Origin: an uncultured delta proteobacterium
GTDB taxonomy: Bacteria > Desulfobacterota > WTBG01 > CAIYCZ01 > CAIRTM01
Assembly (NCBI GenBank): GCA_963804955.1
Contig: CAWDSQ010000032.1
Coordinates: 1 to 64,000 of the forward strand
Length of the DNA: 64,000 nt
Direction: 5' to 3'
Shown: in pieces, positions 1 through 10,381 of the stretch
Position numbering within the stretch: position 1 is the first letter of the stretch
How the letters are laid out: the number at the start of each line of letters is the position of its first letter
Translations under genes and position numbers: made by a program
The notes under the pieces: model-generated
What the model was told of the DNA's origin: nothing
Databases searched by the model: none
The model's input: the letters and a program-made list of their open reading frames with translations, nothing else

Positions 1-304
1 TGTGGCAGTGATTGTTCGCTAAAAAATCCATATTACGGCTCTAGTGTTGACGGTGGATTATTTTTTAATATTTTTTAATTATTTCACATTACCAAATGAA
101 GTATTTATTCTGTCAGACAATACAAACCTGCATTTTACTCCTATAGCATTCACTGCATGCTGCTACCATAAAAGGGCGAATGCTTGCCATGCCGTCAGGG
201 TCAGTGGCCGTAAAGATGCAGGTTATGTTCATGAACCCTGAAAATAATAAAATTTAAAAATAAAGATAATTCAAATAATTAAAGCTTAAAGCTAAGATTC
301 TTTT

Positions 305-722
305 TTAAGCTGGTGGCCAGCTGTTGTTAAAGCCCAGATGCACCAGCACGCAGCTTCCATCGCGATGCAATTGATGCCTGCCGCCCTGCAGTCGGCAATC
401 GCAGCCGGGCTTTCTGCTCCCGGCTGCATCCAGATATTTTTAATACCTTTGGCAATAGCCTCCCTGACGACCTGTTCAGTGACAGGCGGGGGAGTAATGA
501 CGGAAATGCTCTGAACCCCGTCAGGAAGGTCTTGAACGGATGCAAAGCAGGCAAGCCCCTCTATTTCACCGGCCCGGGGATTGACGGGATAGACTTCCAG
601 GCCGTGCTGCATATAGCAGCGCAGCACCTTATTGCCGTACTTGTCGCGATTTTTGGCAGCTGCCGACAACGGCAAAAGCCTTCGACTGAAAGAACTTTAT
701 CAAAACGATCGGCCTCTGACAT
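305..722 (-). CDS. CoA-binding protein (YccU/YneT-like), split by indels
   Basis: Joined frames read FAVVG..KNRDKYGNKVLRCY..VYPVNP..IWMQPGAES..DGSCVLV; RBS GAGG before ATG 722; shifts near 700, 660 and 362. Confidence 0.85.
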
Positions 723-761
723 GACGCACCTCTTTCAAAATGTATGCTGAAGCGCTTGTGA

Positions 762-968
762 TCAGTCTTTTTTCGGCTGGGGCGGAAACATGACCGGCAT
801 GGGGGGAAGATACATATTCTTGGCAAATGTGGCGCTTGTTACCACATCGACAGCAGCAGGCGCCGCGGGTACGGGCTGCGTATCAGCAGCGGCTGATACC
901 ACGACGCTGCCGCCGCTTTTGACCTCTTCATTTATCTGCACGACGGTTTTTTGCATAAATGAAATCAT
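762..968 (-). CDS. small hypothetical protein with a VDVVTSAT motif
   Basis: Intact 68-aa ORF directly behind a sigma70-like promoter; Ala/Pro-rich; coding status unproven. Confidence 0.45.
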   Translation of the reverse strand: MISFMQKTVVQINEEVKSGGSVVVSAAADTQPVPAAPAAVDVVTSATFAKNMYLPPMPVMFPPQPKKD

Positions 969-973
969 AGCTT

Positions 974-1002
974 ACTATACCATGATGTATCACCTGCAAC
1001 AA
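974..1002 (-). promoter_or_regulatory. putative sigma70 promoter TTGTTG-17-TATAGT with extended -10 TG
   Basis: Minus strand: -35 at 997-1002, -10 at 974-979, 5 nt upstream of ATG 968. Confidence 0.4.
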
Positions 1003-1099
1003 CAGCAAACAGGTCCACGTTTCTGCTGCGAAATTCAATGACGCCGGCTGGCGCATCCGTAAATTATGCTTGCCAATGCACCTGCCATGGTATACTTTT

Positions 1100-1134
1100 A
1101 TAGACAGGGCCGCAACTGCGGCCCTGTCTATTTT
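1100..1134 (+). promoter_or_regulatory. perfect 14-bp hairpin in the leader of the acyltransferase gene
   Basis: ATAGACAGGGCCGC-AACT-GCGGCCCTGTCTAT then TTT; TGgTATACT -10-like box at 1088-1096. Confidence 0.6.
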
Positions 1135-1160
1135 ACACGGCAAACAACCAGAACAACAGA

Positions 1161-2489
1161 ATGGCCATGGAAGATACGACTGCAAAATATTTCAAATACG
1201 TCGATCACCACCTGAAAAATAAAAGCTACCGGCCCGAATACCTTGTTGCCAGTTTTATCTCCCGGCTGCTTTTTTCAAGTGTTGAGGTGATCGGCCTTGA
1301 CAGGCTCATCAGGCAGCGCAAAGAAGAAACCAGACAGGGCACAAAAACCATAAACATCTATATAGCCCGGCACCTGAGCGAATTTGACTGGCAGGAACTC
1401 CAGCGCACTTTCGGCGGCGCGGATATGATGGCTGCCGTTCAGGCCGGCGACAACCTCTTTATCGGCCCCCTCGATCCGTTGCTCAGGCATCACGGAGCAT
1501 TCAAGGTCTTCCGCGACCAGGCGCGCATATACTCAGACCACTGGCTTGCAAACAGCATCTACAGGTCCCTCGACCCGTTCTGGAAAGACCCGCTGCTCAA
1601 AAAACTTCTGCCCGCTATCGGGCTCAAGCGGCGCGAGCCTGTCATCATTGATTCCACCCTTGCCAAAGATATATATATCGCCTACATGAAGCACCTTATT
1701 GATGTTGAGGCGCGCGACATTCTCATATTCCCCGAATACCTGAAAACGCCTGATAAAAAAGTTAAGTACGGCAGAAGCTATTCCGGCAAGCTGCTGGAGT
1801 TCACCCCGCTGATCTTCAAGCTGCTGCGCGACATCAATAAAAAATCAGATCGTGCGATTCAGATTGTGCCGGTTAATGTTTCCTATGAGCGGGTCGTGGA
1901 AGACCAGTCTTTTAAAACGCTTGAAAAGATGAAGTCGAACAGGTTCACGAAGCGTTTTGTTTACTTTGCCGACTATTTTTTCAACTATACGCACTGGCTG
2001 TATCAGCACCAGAGAAACCGCGTCGTGATCAAGTTCGGCGAGCCCGAGCCGCTGCGCAAAAGCATGGATTTTAAAATACGCCTCCATGACGATATACGAA
2101 AAAAAGTGGGCCAGCTCCAGACGGTCTTTCCCACGCAAATCGTCGGGTATGCATTTCATGACAAAACCACCCTCACCGAGGCCGAGCTTTTCAGGCGGGT
2201 TGAGAAAACCGTAGCTGAACTTAAAAAGATCGGCGCCGATATACGGCATGTTGAAAAGCTTACGACGAAGCAGATTATTCAGTCTGCCTATGATCATTTC
2301 GATCTGCATCAAAAACGGCGCCTCCTGATACGCGATAGCGGCAAAAAAACCTACTCGGTTGTGCGGCCTGATGTTCTGATGCAGTACCGCAACCACATCG
2401 CGCACCTGTTTGAAAAATGGTATGAGCCTGACCGTCTAATGAAAATCATCGATATTTTCCGCGATGGCCCAGACGCTGAAAACTTTTAA
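1161..2489 (+). CDS. glycerol-3-phosphate/DHAP acyltransferase-like protein (PlsB/LPLAT superfamily)
   Basis: HX4D motif (HLSEFD), ILIFPE, GRSYSGKLL, IVPVNVSYE blocks. Confidence 0.75.
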   Translation: MAMEDTTAKYFKYVDHHLKNKSYRPEYLVASFISRLLFSSVEVIGLDRLIRQRKEETRQGTKTINIYIARHLSEFDWQELQRTFGGADMMAAVQAGDNLFIGPLDPLLRHHGAFKVFRDQARIYSDHWLANSIYRSLDPFWKDPLLKKLLPAIGLKRREPVIIDSTLAKDIYIAYMKHLIDVEARDILIFPEYLKTPDKKVKYGRSYSGKLLEFTPLIFKLLRDINKKSDRAIQIVPVNVSYERVVEDQSFKTLEKMKSNRFTKRFVYFADYFFNYTHWLYQHQRNRVVIKFGEPEPLRKSMDFKIRLHDDIRKKVGQLQTVFPTQIVGYAFHDKTTLTEAELFRRVEKTVAELKKIGADIRHVEKLTTKQIIQSAYDHFDLHQKRRLLIRDSGKKTYSVVRPDVLMQYRNHIAHLFEKWYEPDRLMKIIDIFRDGPDAENF

Positions 2490-2507
2490 TACTTCTGAAA
2501 AAAAGCC

Positions 2508-3716
2508 ATGAACGAAGAAAACACAAAAGAAGAAACCGACGACAAAAGCTTTGCCGAACTGTTCGAGCAAAGCTTTAAAAAACCCAGGCGCCTCGAGCCT
2601 GGACAGAAGGTCGATGCAGTCATCGTTAAGATAACCGATGAATGGGTATTTCTTGACCTTGGCGGCAAAAGCGAAGGCTACCTTGACAGAAAAGAGCTGC
2701 TCGACGCAGACGGAAATCTCACGGCAGCCGAAGGTGATAAAATCAGCGCCTATTTCCTGTCATCTGCAAACAATGAAAAGCTTTTTACTATCAGGCTGCA
2801 TGGCGGCGCCGCCGGCAGTCAGTATCTGGAAGAAGCATTTCACAACCACATTCCCGTTGAGGGAATGGCTGAAAAGGAAATCAAGGGCGGCTATGAAATA
2901 AAAATTGCCGGCACTATACGCGGCTTCTGCCCCTACTCGCAGATGGGCCTGCGCCGCACCGACGATCCGCAGGACTTTATCGGCAAAAAGCTGCTGTTCA
3001 AAATTACCGAATACCGCGACAACGGCAAATCGCTGGTGCTGTCAAACAGAAAGGTGCTTGAAGAGGAGCGCGAGCAGCTCCGGCAGGAACTGAAAAAGAC
3101 ATTACACAAAGAGATGGTCGTCAAAGGAACCGTCACATCCTTAAGGCCCTTCGGCGCTTTTATCGATATCGGCGGCATTGAGGGCCTGCTGCCCATTTCC
3201 GAAGTGGGCTGGAGCCGCGTCGAGGACCTCAGCAGCGTGCTGCTGCCGGGGCAGGTGGTCGAGGTGAAAATCATGGATCTGGACTGGGAGAAAAATAAAT
3301 TCTCCTTCAGCCTGAAGGCCCTGCTGCCCGACCCCTGGATGCAGCTGCACACCCTGTATCCTGAAGAGTCCTGCCACAGCGGCACCGTAGCCCGCCTCAC
3401 ACCGTTTGGCGCTTTTATAAAGCTTGCGCCCGGCATCGACGGGCTTATCCATATTTCGCAGCTCGGCCAGGGCAAGCGCATCAACCATCCCCGCGACGTT
3501 CTCGCTGAAGGCCAGTCTGTCGAGGTACGGATACTGAAAGTGGACAGCGACAACAAGCGCCTCTCGCTTGCCCTTGCCGCAGCAACGCCGCAGGAGCAGC
3601 AGGGAGAAGATTTCAGGCAGTATATGGATGCACAGCCATCTGTGAAGCCTGCATCGCTTGGCGCGCTTGGCGCAGCGCTGCTCAAAGCCCGCGAGGGCAA
3701 AAAAGACAAAAGCTAG
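2508..3716 (+). CDS. short ribosomal protein S1 paralogue (4 S1 domains)
   Basis: SFAELFEQS N-helix; VFLDLGGKSEG, GFCPYSQ, FGAFIDIGGIEGLLPISE, FGAFIKL..GIDGLIHISQ. Confidence 0.9.
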   Translation: MNEENTKEETDDKSFAELFEQSFKKPRRLEPGQKVDAVIVKITDEWVFLDLGGKSEGYLDRKELLDADGNLTAAEGDKISAYFLSSANNEKLFTIRLHGGAAGSQYLEEAFHNHIPVEGMAEKEIKGGYEIKIAGTIRGFCPYSQMGLRRTDDPQDFIGKKLLFKITEYRDNGKSLVLSNRKVLEEEREQLRQELKKTLHKEMVVKGTVTSLRPFGAFIDIGGIEGLLPISEVGWSRVEDLSSVLLPGQVVEVKIMDLDWEKNKFSFSLKALLPDPWMQLHTLYPEESCHSGTVARLTPFGAFIKLAPGIDGLIHISQLGQGKRINHPRDVLAEGQSVEVRILKVDSDNKRLSLALAAATPQEQQGEDFRQYMDAQPSVKPASLGALGAALLKAREGKKDKS

Positions 3717-3724
3717 CTGGTTGT

Positions 3725-4159
3725 ATGCACGAGCACCTCGACATTGCACGGCAACGCTTTGCCCATGACAACTATGCCCGTAGTTTAGGCATCGTTCTTG
3801 ACGACCTGACGCATGACACCATCCGCATGCACATGCAGCTTCGCGATGACATGCTCAACTGGTTCAGCCGGGTGCATGGCGGCGCCATCTATGCCCTGGC
3901 CGATGCCGCTTTTTCAGTCCTGGGCAATAACAGCAACAATCTTGCCGTTGCCCTTGACTGCTCCATCACCTACCACGCAAGCCCTGAACCAGGCGCGCTT
4001 CTTATTGTCGAGGGGGAAAAGCTGTCCGCTTCGCGCCGCACAGGGGCATATTTGTTCAAAGTGTATATGGACATGCAGGGCAAGAGAACCATTGTCGCCA
4101 CCATGAAAAGCATAGCCTACCGCACCGGCAAGCCCATAGACCACACTGTCGAGCAGTAA
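3725..4159 (+). CDS. PaaI-family hotdog-fold thioesterase
   Basis: N..HGGAIYALADAAF motif. Confidence 0.85.
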   Translation: MHEHLDIARQRFAHDNYARSLGIVLDDLTHDTIRMHMQLRDDMLNWFSRVHGGAIYALADAAFSVLGNNSNNLAVALDCSITYHASPEPGALLIVEGEKLSASRRTGAYLFKVYMDMQGKRTIVATMKSIAYRTGKPIDHTVEQ

Positions 4160-4238
4160 GGCTCCGAGGCATCATAAAAATATCCACCTGAACCCACTGC
4201 CACACAGCATGCTGGTGTTTCACCATATAATGCAGCCC

Positions 4239-5739
4239 TCACATGCTCGTGCTGTCAGACATCCGTCTATGCCGAAGCGAAGGAAGAAATGCCGTTATGC
4301 AGCCGGCCATAAGCACAAGGAAGGCTCCGTCGACCGGGAAGCGGAAACGGTTGTTCTCGCCGAATTCAATGATCGATGATACGGCAATCGTATAGGCGTG
4401 GATGAGCATGCAGAAGAGACACAGCCCGGCAATGGCGATCTCACGGCCACTCCGCGCGCGAAAAACCTGCACAATCGCACCAGCGTAAAAAATCAGAAAC
4501 AACAGGCTCACAAAGGCCGTGCGCAGCCACATGCGTGCGTCGGAATGACGGTTTTTGACGCCGAAAAAACCGAAATACAGGTATCTGTATGCCGATTCAA
4601 GGGGCTCAAGTATTTCCATATTGCTTTTAAAAAGGCCATGCACCGAGTCAGAGGCATACCACAGGGTCAGGCTATAGGACCCCAGGGTCTGAAAGGCAAA
4701 CCGGCCCGGATCGTCCCTGATGATCGCCAGGGAATCCTTCCAGAGCTGCCGCGACAGCTCGATATAGCCAGTATGATTGAAATTAGGCCGGCCGTTTGTT
4801 TTAAACGGCTCGCAGTCTGCAGGATGATGGCAGGCAGATGCCATAAGTTTTTCTCCGTCCTGGTACTGATCAAGCGCCCTGAATGCCTCAAGCTCTGCCT
4901 GCACGGCAAGGCTGCTGATGACACCTCTTCGGTGCAGCTGCTCAAGCTCATCGGGCCCATAGCCGCAAGCTTTGGTCCACAGGCTCATGCCATCCCAGGA
5001 GGAGGTCCCGAAAAGACCAAATACTGCATAATTCTTAGCGCACAGCAGCCCCAGAGGGGCTATGGCCACAAAGCGATGCCGCACAAAAAACCAGCGCCTG
5101 TTTGCGCTGCCCGCATTTTAAAAAAATATACAGGCCGAAAATGCCGGACAAACCCGACAAAAAAGACCGGGTGAAACAGAGACCGGATACCACCGAGACA
5201 GCCAAGCATCAGCCAGAAGGCACATGCCCACAGCGACCTGCCGGGTGCAGAACCACTGCAGCAGGCAAAACGCCGCAAGCAGAATGAGCGCACCCTCTAT
5301 ATAGGTATAATACAGTAAATGCTCGTAGAGAATAACAGTCGGGTTGAGCATAAAAACAATAGCAACAAAGAAGGGCGCCAGCAGCCGGGAGCCGAACTGC
5401 TCTGAGAAGACCATACAGGGCAAGCAGCGCTAGTGAGACCTGCTGTTTGAAACAGAAGCTGCTAGGCTCATAGACAGGTTCGGCGGACAGCTTCAAAACA
5501 AGCCCTAAAAAAAAATTAAACAGGGGCGGCTGGCTGTGCTGATAGAACAGGCTCTGCAGCAGATCATGCTGCAGCAGCCGGGGGTCAAGATACTGCAGAG
5601 CAAAGCCGATGGGCTTTGCAATAAAACGTCCGCCAAGGAAATGAAACACAAACCGTGTTGCAATAAAAGACGCAACGAGCACCAAACCGCAGGATGCAGT
5701 GCTGTCCAGTACGGGCATATGAGTGAGTGTTTTTTTCAT
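4239..5739 (-). CDS. polytopic membrane protein, probable GT-C glycosyltransferase (indel-split)
   Basis: Consecutive hydrophobic frames 5209-5826, 5118-5423, 5060-5293, 4239-5084; HSQPPLFNFFL and terminal RFRFP motifs typical of ArnT/PMT-like proteins. Confidence 0.6.
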
Positions 5740-5937
5740 AGGAATCAGACTATACCACAGCTTCATCTGCACTGCCATATTCATTGATCGATAAAGGTTC
5801 AACCTGCACTCCATCCTGTACGACACAGGTCACTTTTTAGTTTTTTCGAACATGCCAATTGTGCTATGCTGTTTAAAAAATATACATCGCTTGAAGCAGC
5901 ATGAATAAACACCAGATCCGGAAGCGAGGAAAGACAG

Positions 5938-6632
5938 ATGGACATTAAAATCCCCAGCAAGTACATTGAACAGGCAGTGGCAAAATATGAATCCGACGTA
6001 CATCAGCTGAAAATCAAACCCGCACCAAAAGGGCCAAAAAAGCTTATAACCATCTCGCGGCAGGTCGGCGCCGGCGGTCGCATGATAGCAGACAAAATCG
6101 GCGAAAAACTCGGCTGCATGGTATGGGGCCGGGAAATACTTGATGTGCTGGCCGGCCAGTCGGGCGGCGACTATCAGGCCCGCATGTTTGAAGCCCTTGA
6201 TGAAAGAACAAAGGGCTTCATCGAAACGATTGATCGGCGACTTTTTCGGCCAGATTCCAACACAGACCTATCATCACCTGCTGCCCAAAGCCATACTCAC
6301 CATAGCCCAGAATGATGCAATTTTTGTCGGCCGGGGCGTCAACCTGCTGCTTCCCGCGGCGTTTCGCGTCAGCATCAGAGCCTCAACGGAAACCCGCATA
6401 AAAAATCTGATGACCTATGACGGTATGGACAAACAGGGTGCTGAGGAAAAAATCAAGGATGCCGACCGATCAAAGCGACGGATTCATGAAGGAACTTGCC
6501 CGCAGGATCAATGTCAAATACTCTGCGGACGAATTTGATCTTGGCATCTGCATGGACCGCATCGGTGTTGACGAGGCTGCATCAATAATCCTGCATGCTT
6601 TTGAGCTCTTCCAAAAAAACTCCACAAAGTAA
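5938..6632 (+). CDS. cytidylate kinase-like family protein (indel-split)
   Basis: ITISRQVGAGG..IA..LG, FVGRG, FDLGI across three frames; shifts near 6230 and 6470. Confidence 0.8.
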
Positions 6633-6639
6633 TCTGTAC

Positions 6640-6670
6640 AAAAAAGCCGGTCTCCATGCCCGGCTTTTTT
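6640..6670. terminator. bidirectional intrinsic terminator
   Basis: AAAAAAGCCGG-loop-CCGGCTTTTTT between converging genes. Confidence 0.8.
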
Positions 6671-6693
6671 CTTTCTCCACAGCCCGACCTCTC

Positions 6694-8480
6694 TTATTTC
6701 TCAACCTTGTACAATGCATACCGGTAATTTTTTTCGCGGTACTCTGCAACCAGTGTGCACTTAAACGTTGTCAGTATATTCTGGCAAAATGATTTTTGCA
6801 GAGGATCATCAACATTGCACCAGAAATTAAAATGAAAATACACCCCGTCCTTGTACCTGTTGAATAAATCGTTAAAATAGGCTCTCTGCTCGGTTGCAAG
6901 TGATGCCTGCGCCGCATTTCTGCCCCAGGCAAGAAACATGTTGGGATTATGGGTCAGCACAACGGAATCCTCAGGTATAAATTTCAGCATTTCCTGAGCA
7001 TAGCGATGGTCAGCGCGGGCTGCCCAGGCCTCCTGCGTGATGGCTCGAATATAGGGCATAAAAGATAAAAAGCTGAGAATAATCAAGGCAGCCGGAATAT
7101 AGATACAAGCTCTGCCGAACCGTTTGCCCAGCCAGGCTGTTAAGCATGCTGCGCCGTTACCGGCAAGCAGTGCAATCGGGGCTGCAGAGAGCAGCGAGAA
7201 GCGCACATCAGCACCGTAATTATAGCTGCCCGCGTAAAAGAAAGCAGAAAATCCCCCAGAACAGCAAAAACCATATCAATAATTCCCGCCTTCTCCCGCC
7301 ACTGCCGTGTTCCGGTGGCAGGAGATTTCATGGCCAGCCCAAGAAAAAACAGCACGGTAAAGAAAAGCGGAAAGCGCATATTCATGAAATAAAACAACGA
7401 ATTGACCTTGAAATTGCCGCCCCAGAAATACGACCATGAAAACTTGGGCCCGGAGCCGCCCCAGTCGAAATCCTTGACCGAAAACAGATGGGTCAGGTGC
7501 GGGATCATAAGGGCGAGAAAAACAGCCACAGCAAGCCACAGCCTGCCCTGCTTCAATTCCGAGGGCTTAAGGCAGAGGATAAGGGTGCCCGCGACAGCGC
7601 AGATCATTGCCGATTCCGGCCTGAACTGGACGGCAAAAGCAGTAACAAAAAAGAAAAAATAAAGAGCGGCAGCAGAACCGGCCCGCAGATAATACAAGAG
7701 CTGACAAGACGGCAAAAGCAGCCATGCAGGCCGCGCTGGGCTCAACAGCAACGGTATTGCACCAGATGAGCACCTGCGGGGTCAGGGCGAAAATAAGGGC
7801 TGAAAAAAGAGCGGCCCGTGCATCATAAAAAAGCAGCCAGCCGCTGAAAAAGACCGCGAGTATGGCCACCAGGAACAGGACATTCGTGGTAAAAAAGGCG
7901 GCCTGCTCGCTGACGCCGAACAGGCGGAAAACAATGCTCAGCACATATGGCCACCCATTGGGCTCCTTATTGTATTCAAGGCGGAAGCAGGTATAGTCGC
8001 CATATTCATTTCTGCCGTCATTGCACATGCCGGTCTGACCGATGATGCGCCTGGCAGAGGTGCTCAGCATATGCCCGAGCCCGGTTTCATAACGGGAATC
8101 CGATCCCTTTGGTCATGGCAATATTCTGACCGATATTCACATAAATATCTTCGTCATAAAAAATCCGGTGCTCCCGTGGCGCGACAAACACAACAAGAAC
8201 AAAACCTGCAGCCATTATGCATGCCGAGGCAGAGCCATACCTTTTTATCAAACTGCCCGAAAAAACGCCGCAGGCTGCCTTGTTTCACGGCACCGGCAAT
8301 GAGCAGGCATGCCGTTGCCAGGATCAGAAAAAAAGTTATTTCAAGGCACAGCGGCGACACCAGCTTCAATTGTTCGCGAAGGGTAAAGGATGGATAGGAA
8401 GAACACCACGCATACAGCGCGATACAGTCGGCAAGAAACAAAAGACCGCTGACAATAAACAAAAAATATTTCTTGAGCAT
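6694..8480 (-). CDS. GT-C / PMT-like membrane glycosyltransferase (indel-split)
   Basis: Four hydrophobic frames; YDEDIY acidic motif after the first TM segments, KEPNGWP, QFRPE, soluble C-terminal domain. Confidence 0.7.
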
Positions 8481-8594
8481 ATACCCTCATCCCTCCATCA
8501 TTCAAACAGTATCATTGAAATTTTTTTAATTTTTCATGTATATCCGGCCCTAAAAATGGACTCCCTCAGCCGGTGTTTGAAACTTCACATGCAG

Positions 8595-8650
8595 TATTCT
8601 GTATTCTGAAATCTGAATTCCGGCTCCTGTATTCTGAATTCTGAATTTCG
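8595..8650. repeat. degenerate heptamer tandem repeat (WATTCTG x8)
   Basis: tattctg tattctg aaatctg aattccg gctcctg tattctg aattctg aatttcg. Confidence 0.85.
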
Positions 8651-8660
8651 CTTTCCTTCC

Positions 8661-10359
8661 TCACGATCGCTTCACAAGATACCTGCCCATGACCAGATAG
8701 TCATTACTGGTTTTTTTAAGCGTTTCAAGGGCATCCTGCGGTGAACATACCAGCGGATCGCCATGCACATTAAAGCTGGTATTCAAGAACAACACCTGTT
8801 CCGGTGAGCTTTTTCAGCTCCTGCAGTAGCTGCCGGTACAGGGGCTCATTATCGGTTACAAACTGGGGCCTGCAGCTGCCGTCGATGCTCATAACGCCCT
8901 GCATATCGGTGCGGCGCTCCTGTTTTACCATATAGCCCATGGTCATAAAGCGGTTGATGAGGCCGTCATGATTTTCCAGCAGCTCCGGGGCTTCTTCGGC
9001 AAGCATGGACGGGCAGAAGGGCTGATACCACACGCGCATCTTAAGCCGCAGGTTCAAAAGGTCCTTAATGCGGGTTGAGTTCGGCAGGGCCAGTATGCTG
9101 CGGCGCCCCAGCGAACGCGGCCCGTATTCCATGCCGCCCTGCAGCCAGAATACGATATTTCCGTCGGCGATAAGCTGCGCCGTGGTCCGGGCAATATCAT
9201 CAAGCACGCTGTAGCTGTACCCGCTCTGTCTGATTGCCGTCAGCAGTTCTTCATCGGTGTAGGACAGGCCCCAGTACACATCCGGGGCAGTGTAGGCTGC
9301 TATACCATGCAGCTCATTGTTTGCCTGAAAGGCGGCGCCGAGGGCAAGCCCGCCATCTCCCATATGGGGAAACACGCAGCATTCATCTACCTCCGCCAGC
9401 ATCCGGATCTGCATATTGAGCTTTATGTTTGAAAACACTCCGCCGGCAAGGGCAAGGCGCCGGTAACCGGTGCTGCGCAGGCAATTGGCTGCAAGCTGGC
9501 TCACCTTCACCTCAAGGGTTCGCTGCGCCATATAGGCAAACTGCTCTGAGGGGTATTTCCATAACAGCTTTCTGAGCTCAGTGTACATCCGCAGCGATCC
9601 GTGGCGGCTGCGCACCTGCATGCCGTCAACCGCTATAAGGTCCAGCATGGGATTATCAGAATCGGGAATCGGGTAGGCATAGTTTGCAATGGCCATGACT
9701 TTTCCCTCATCCTCAAGCTCCCGCATATTCATGAGATTGGTCACATGCTCGAAAAAAATACCCAGAGAATCCCGGCCCGATATCTCCGCCAGACGGGTAA
9801 GCCGGCCATTGTCCAGCCGGCTTACCGTACCTGACAGGCCGTCGCCGATTCCGTCGACAGTCAAAACCAGGCACGGATCAAAACCGCTCCAGTAGGCGGC
9901 TGAGGCGGCATGGCAGAGGTGATGATCGACAAGCAGGGTCCGGTGATTGCTGAAGCCGAGCCGGGCAAGCTCAGAATTTACGCATGCGGTACTCAGGGAC
10001 CGCGTCAGCCCGCTGGGGCCGATTTCCGTAATGAAGTATTTTGCCCGTTTTTTCAGTGTGGACAGCAGTCCTGGAGCTTTTTTGCGGCGCCGAATCAGGT
10101 AATACTCCTCCTTGGTCGAAGGGACGAGGCGGGCAAGAGTTTTTGCGAAGTCGGCAGTTGATACTGCCACGGTTTTTATGTCTGCGGGAGCGAGGCCTGC
10201 CATCTGAAGACAGGCCTTTATTGAGAGGTCCGGAAACCGTATTTCAAGCTTGCGCCGCGTCAGGCGCTCCTCATTGATCGCCGCAAGCACCCTGTCGCCC
10301 TGTACAAGGGCCGCGCCGGAATCATGTCCGTCCCATATGCCGAGCACATAATCAGCCAT
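8661..10359 (-). CDS. carbamoyltransferase, NodU/CmcH family
   Basis: HDSGAAL, EERLTRRK, HHLCHAASA, DGIGD, EGKVM, GGVFSNIKLN, GPRSLGRRSIL, PFCPS; NTSFNVHGDPLV after a shift near 8785. Confidence 0.93.
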
Positions 10360-10381
10360 CAAAAACCCTCCCTCAGCAGTG

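Noticed and set aside
165..245. GC-richer patch with TCAGGGT/ACCCTGA inverted repeat, considered as a riboswitch or sRNA
   Set aside because: Short stem, long loop, lacks c-di-GMP or other riboswitch core motifs; upstream context is cut by the window edge
2933..3749. Long antisense ORFs opposite the S1 paralogue (and similar ones opposite acs, wzt and rpsA)
   Set aside because: Shadow frames of well-supported genes with no motifs or RBS
8595..8650. Possible CRISPR array
   Set aside because: 7-nt tandem units without spacers; no cas genes
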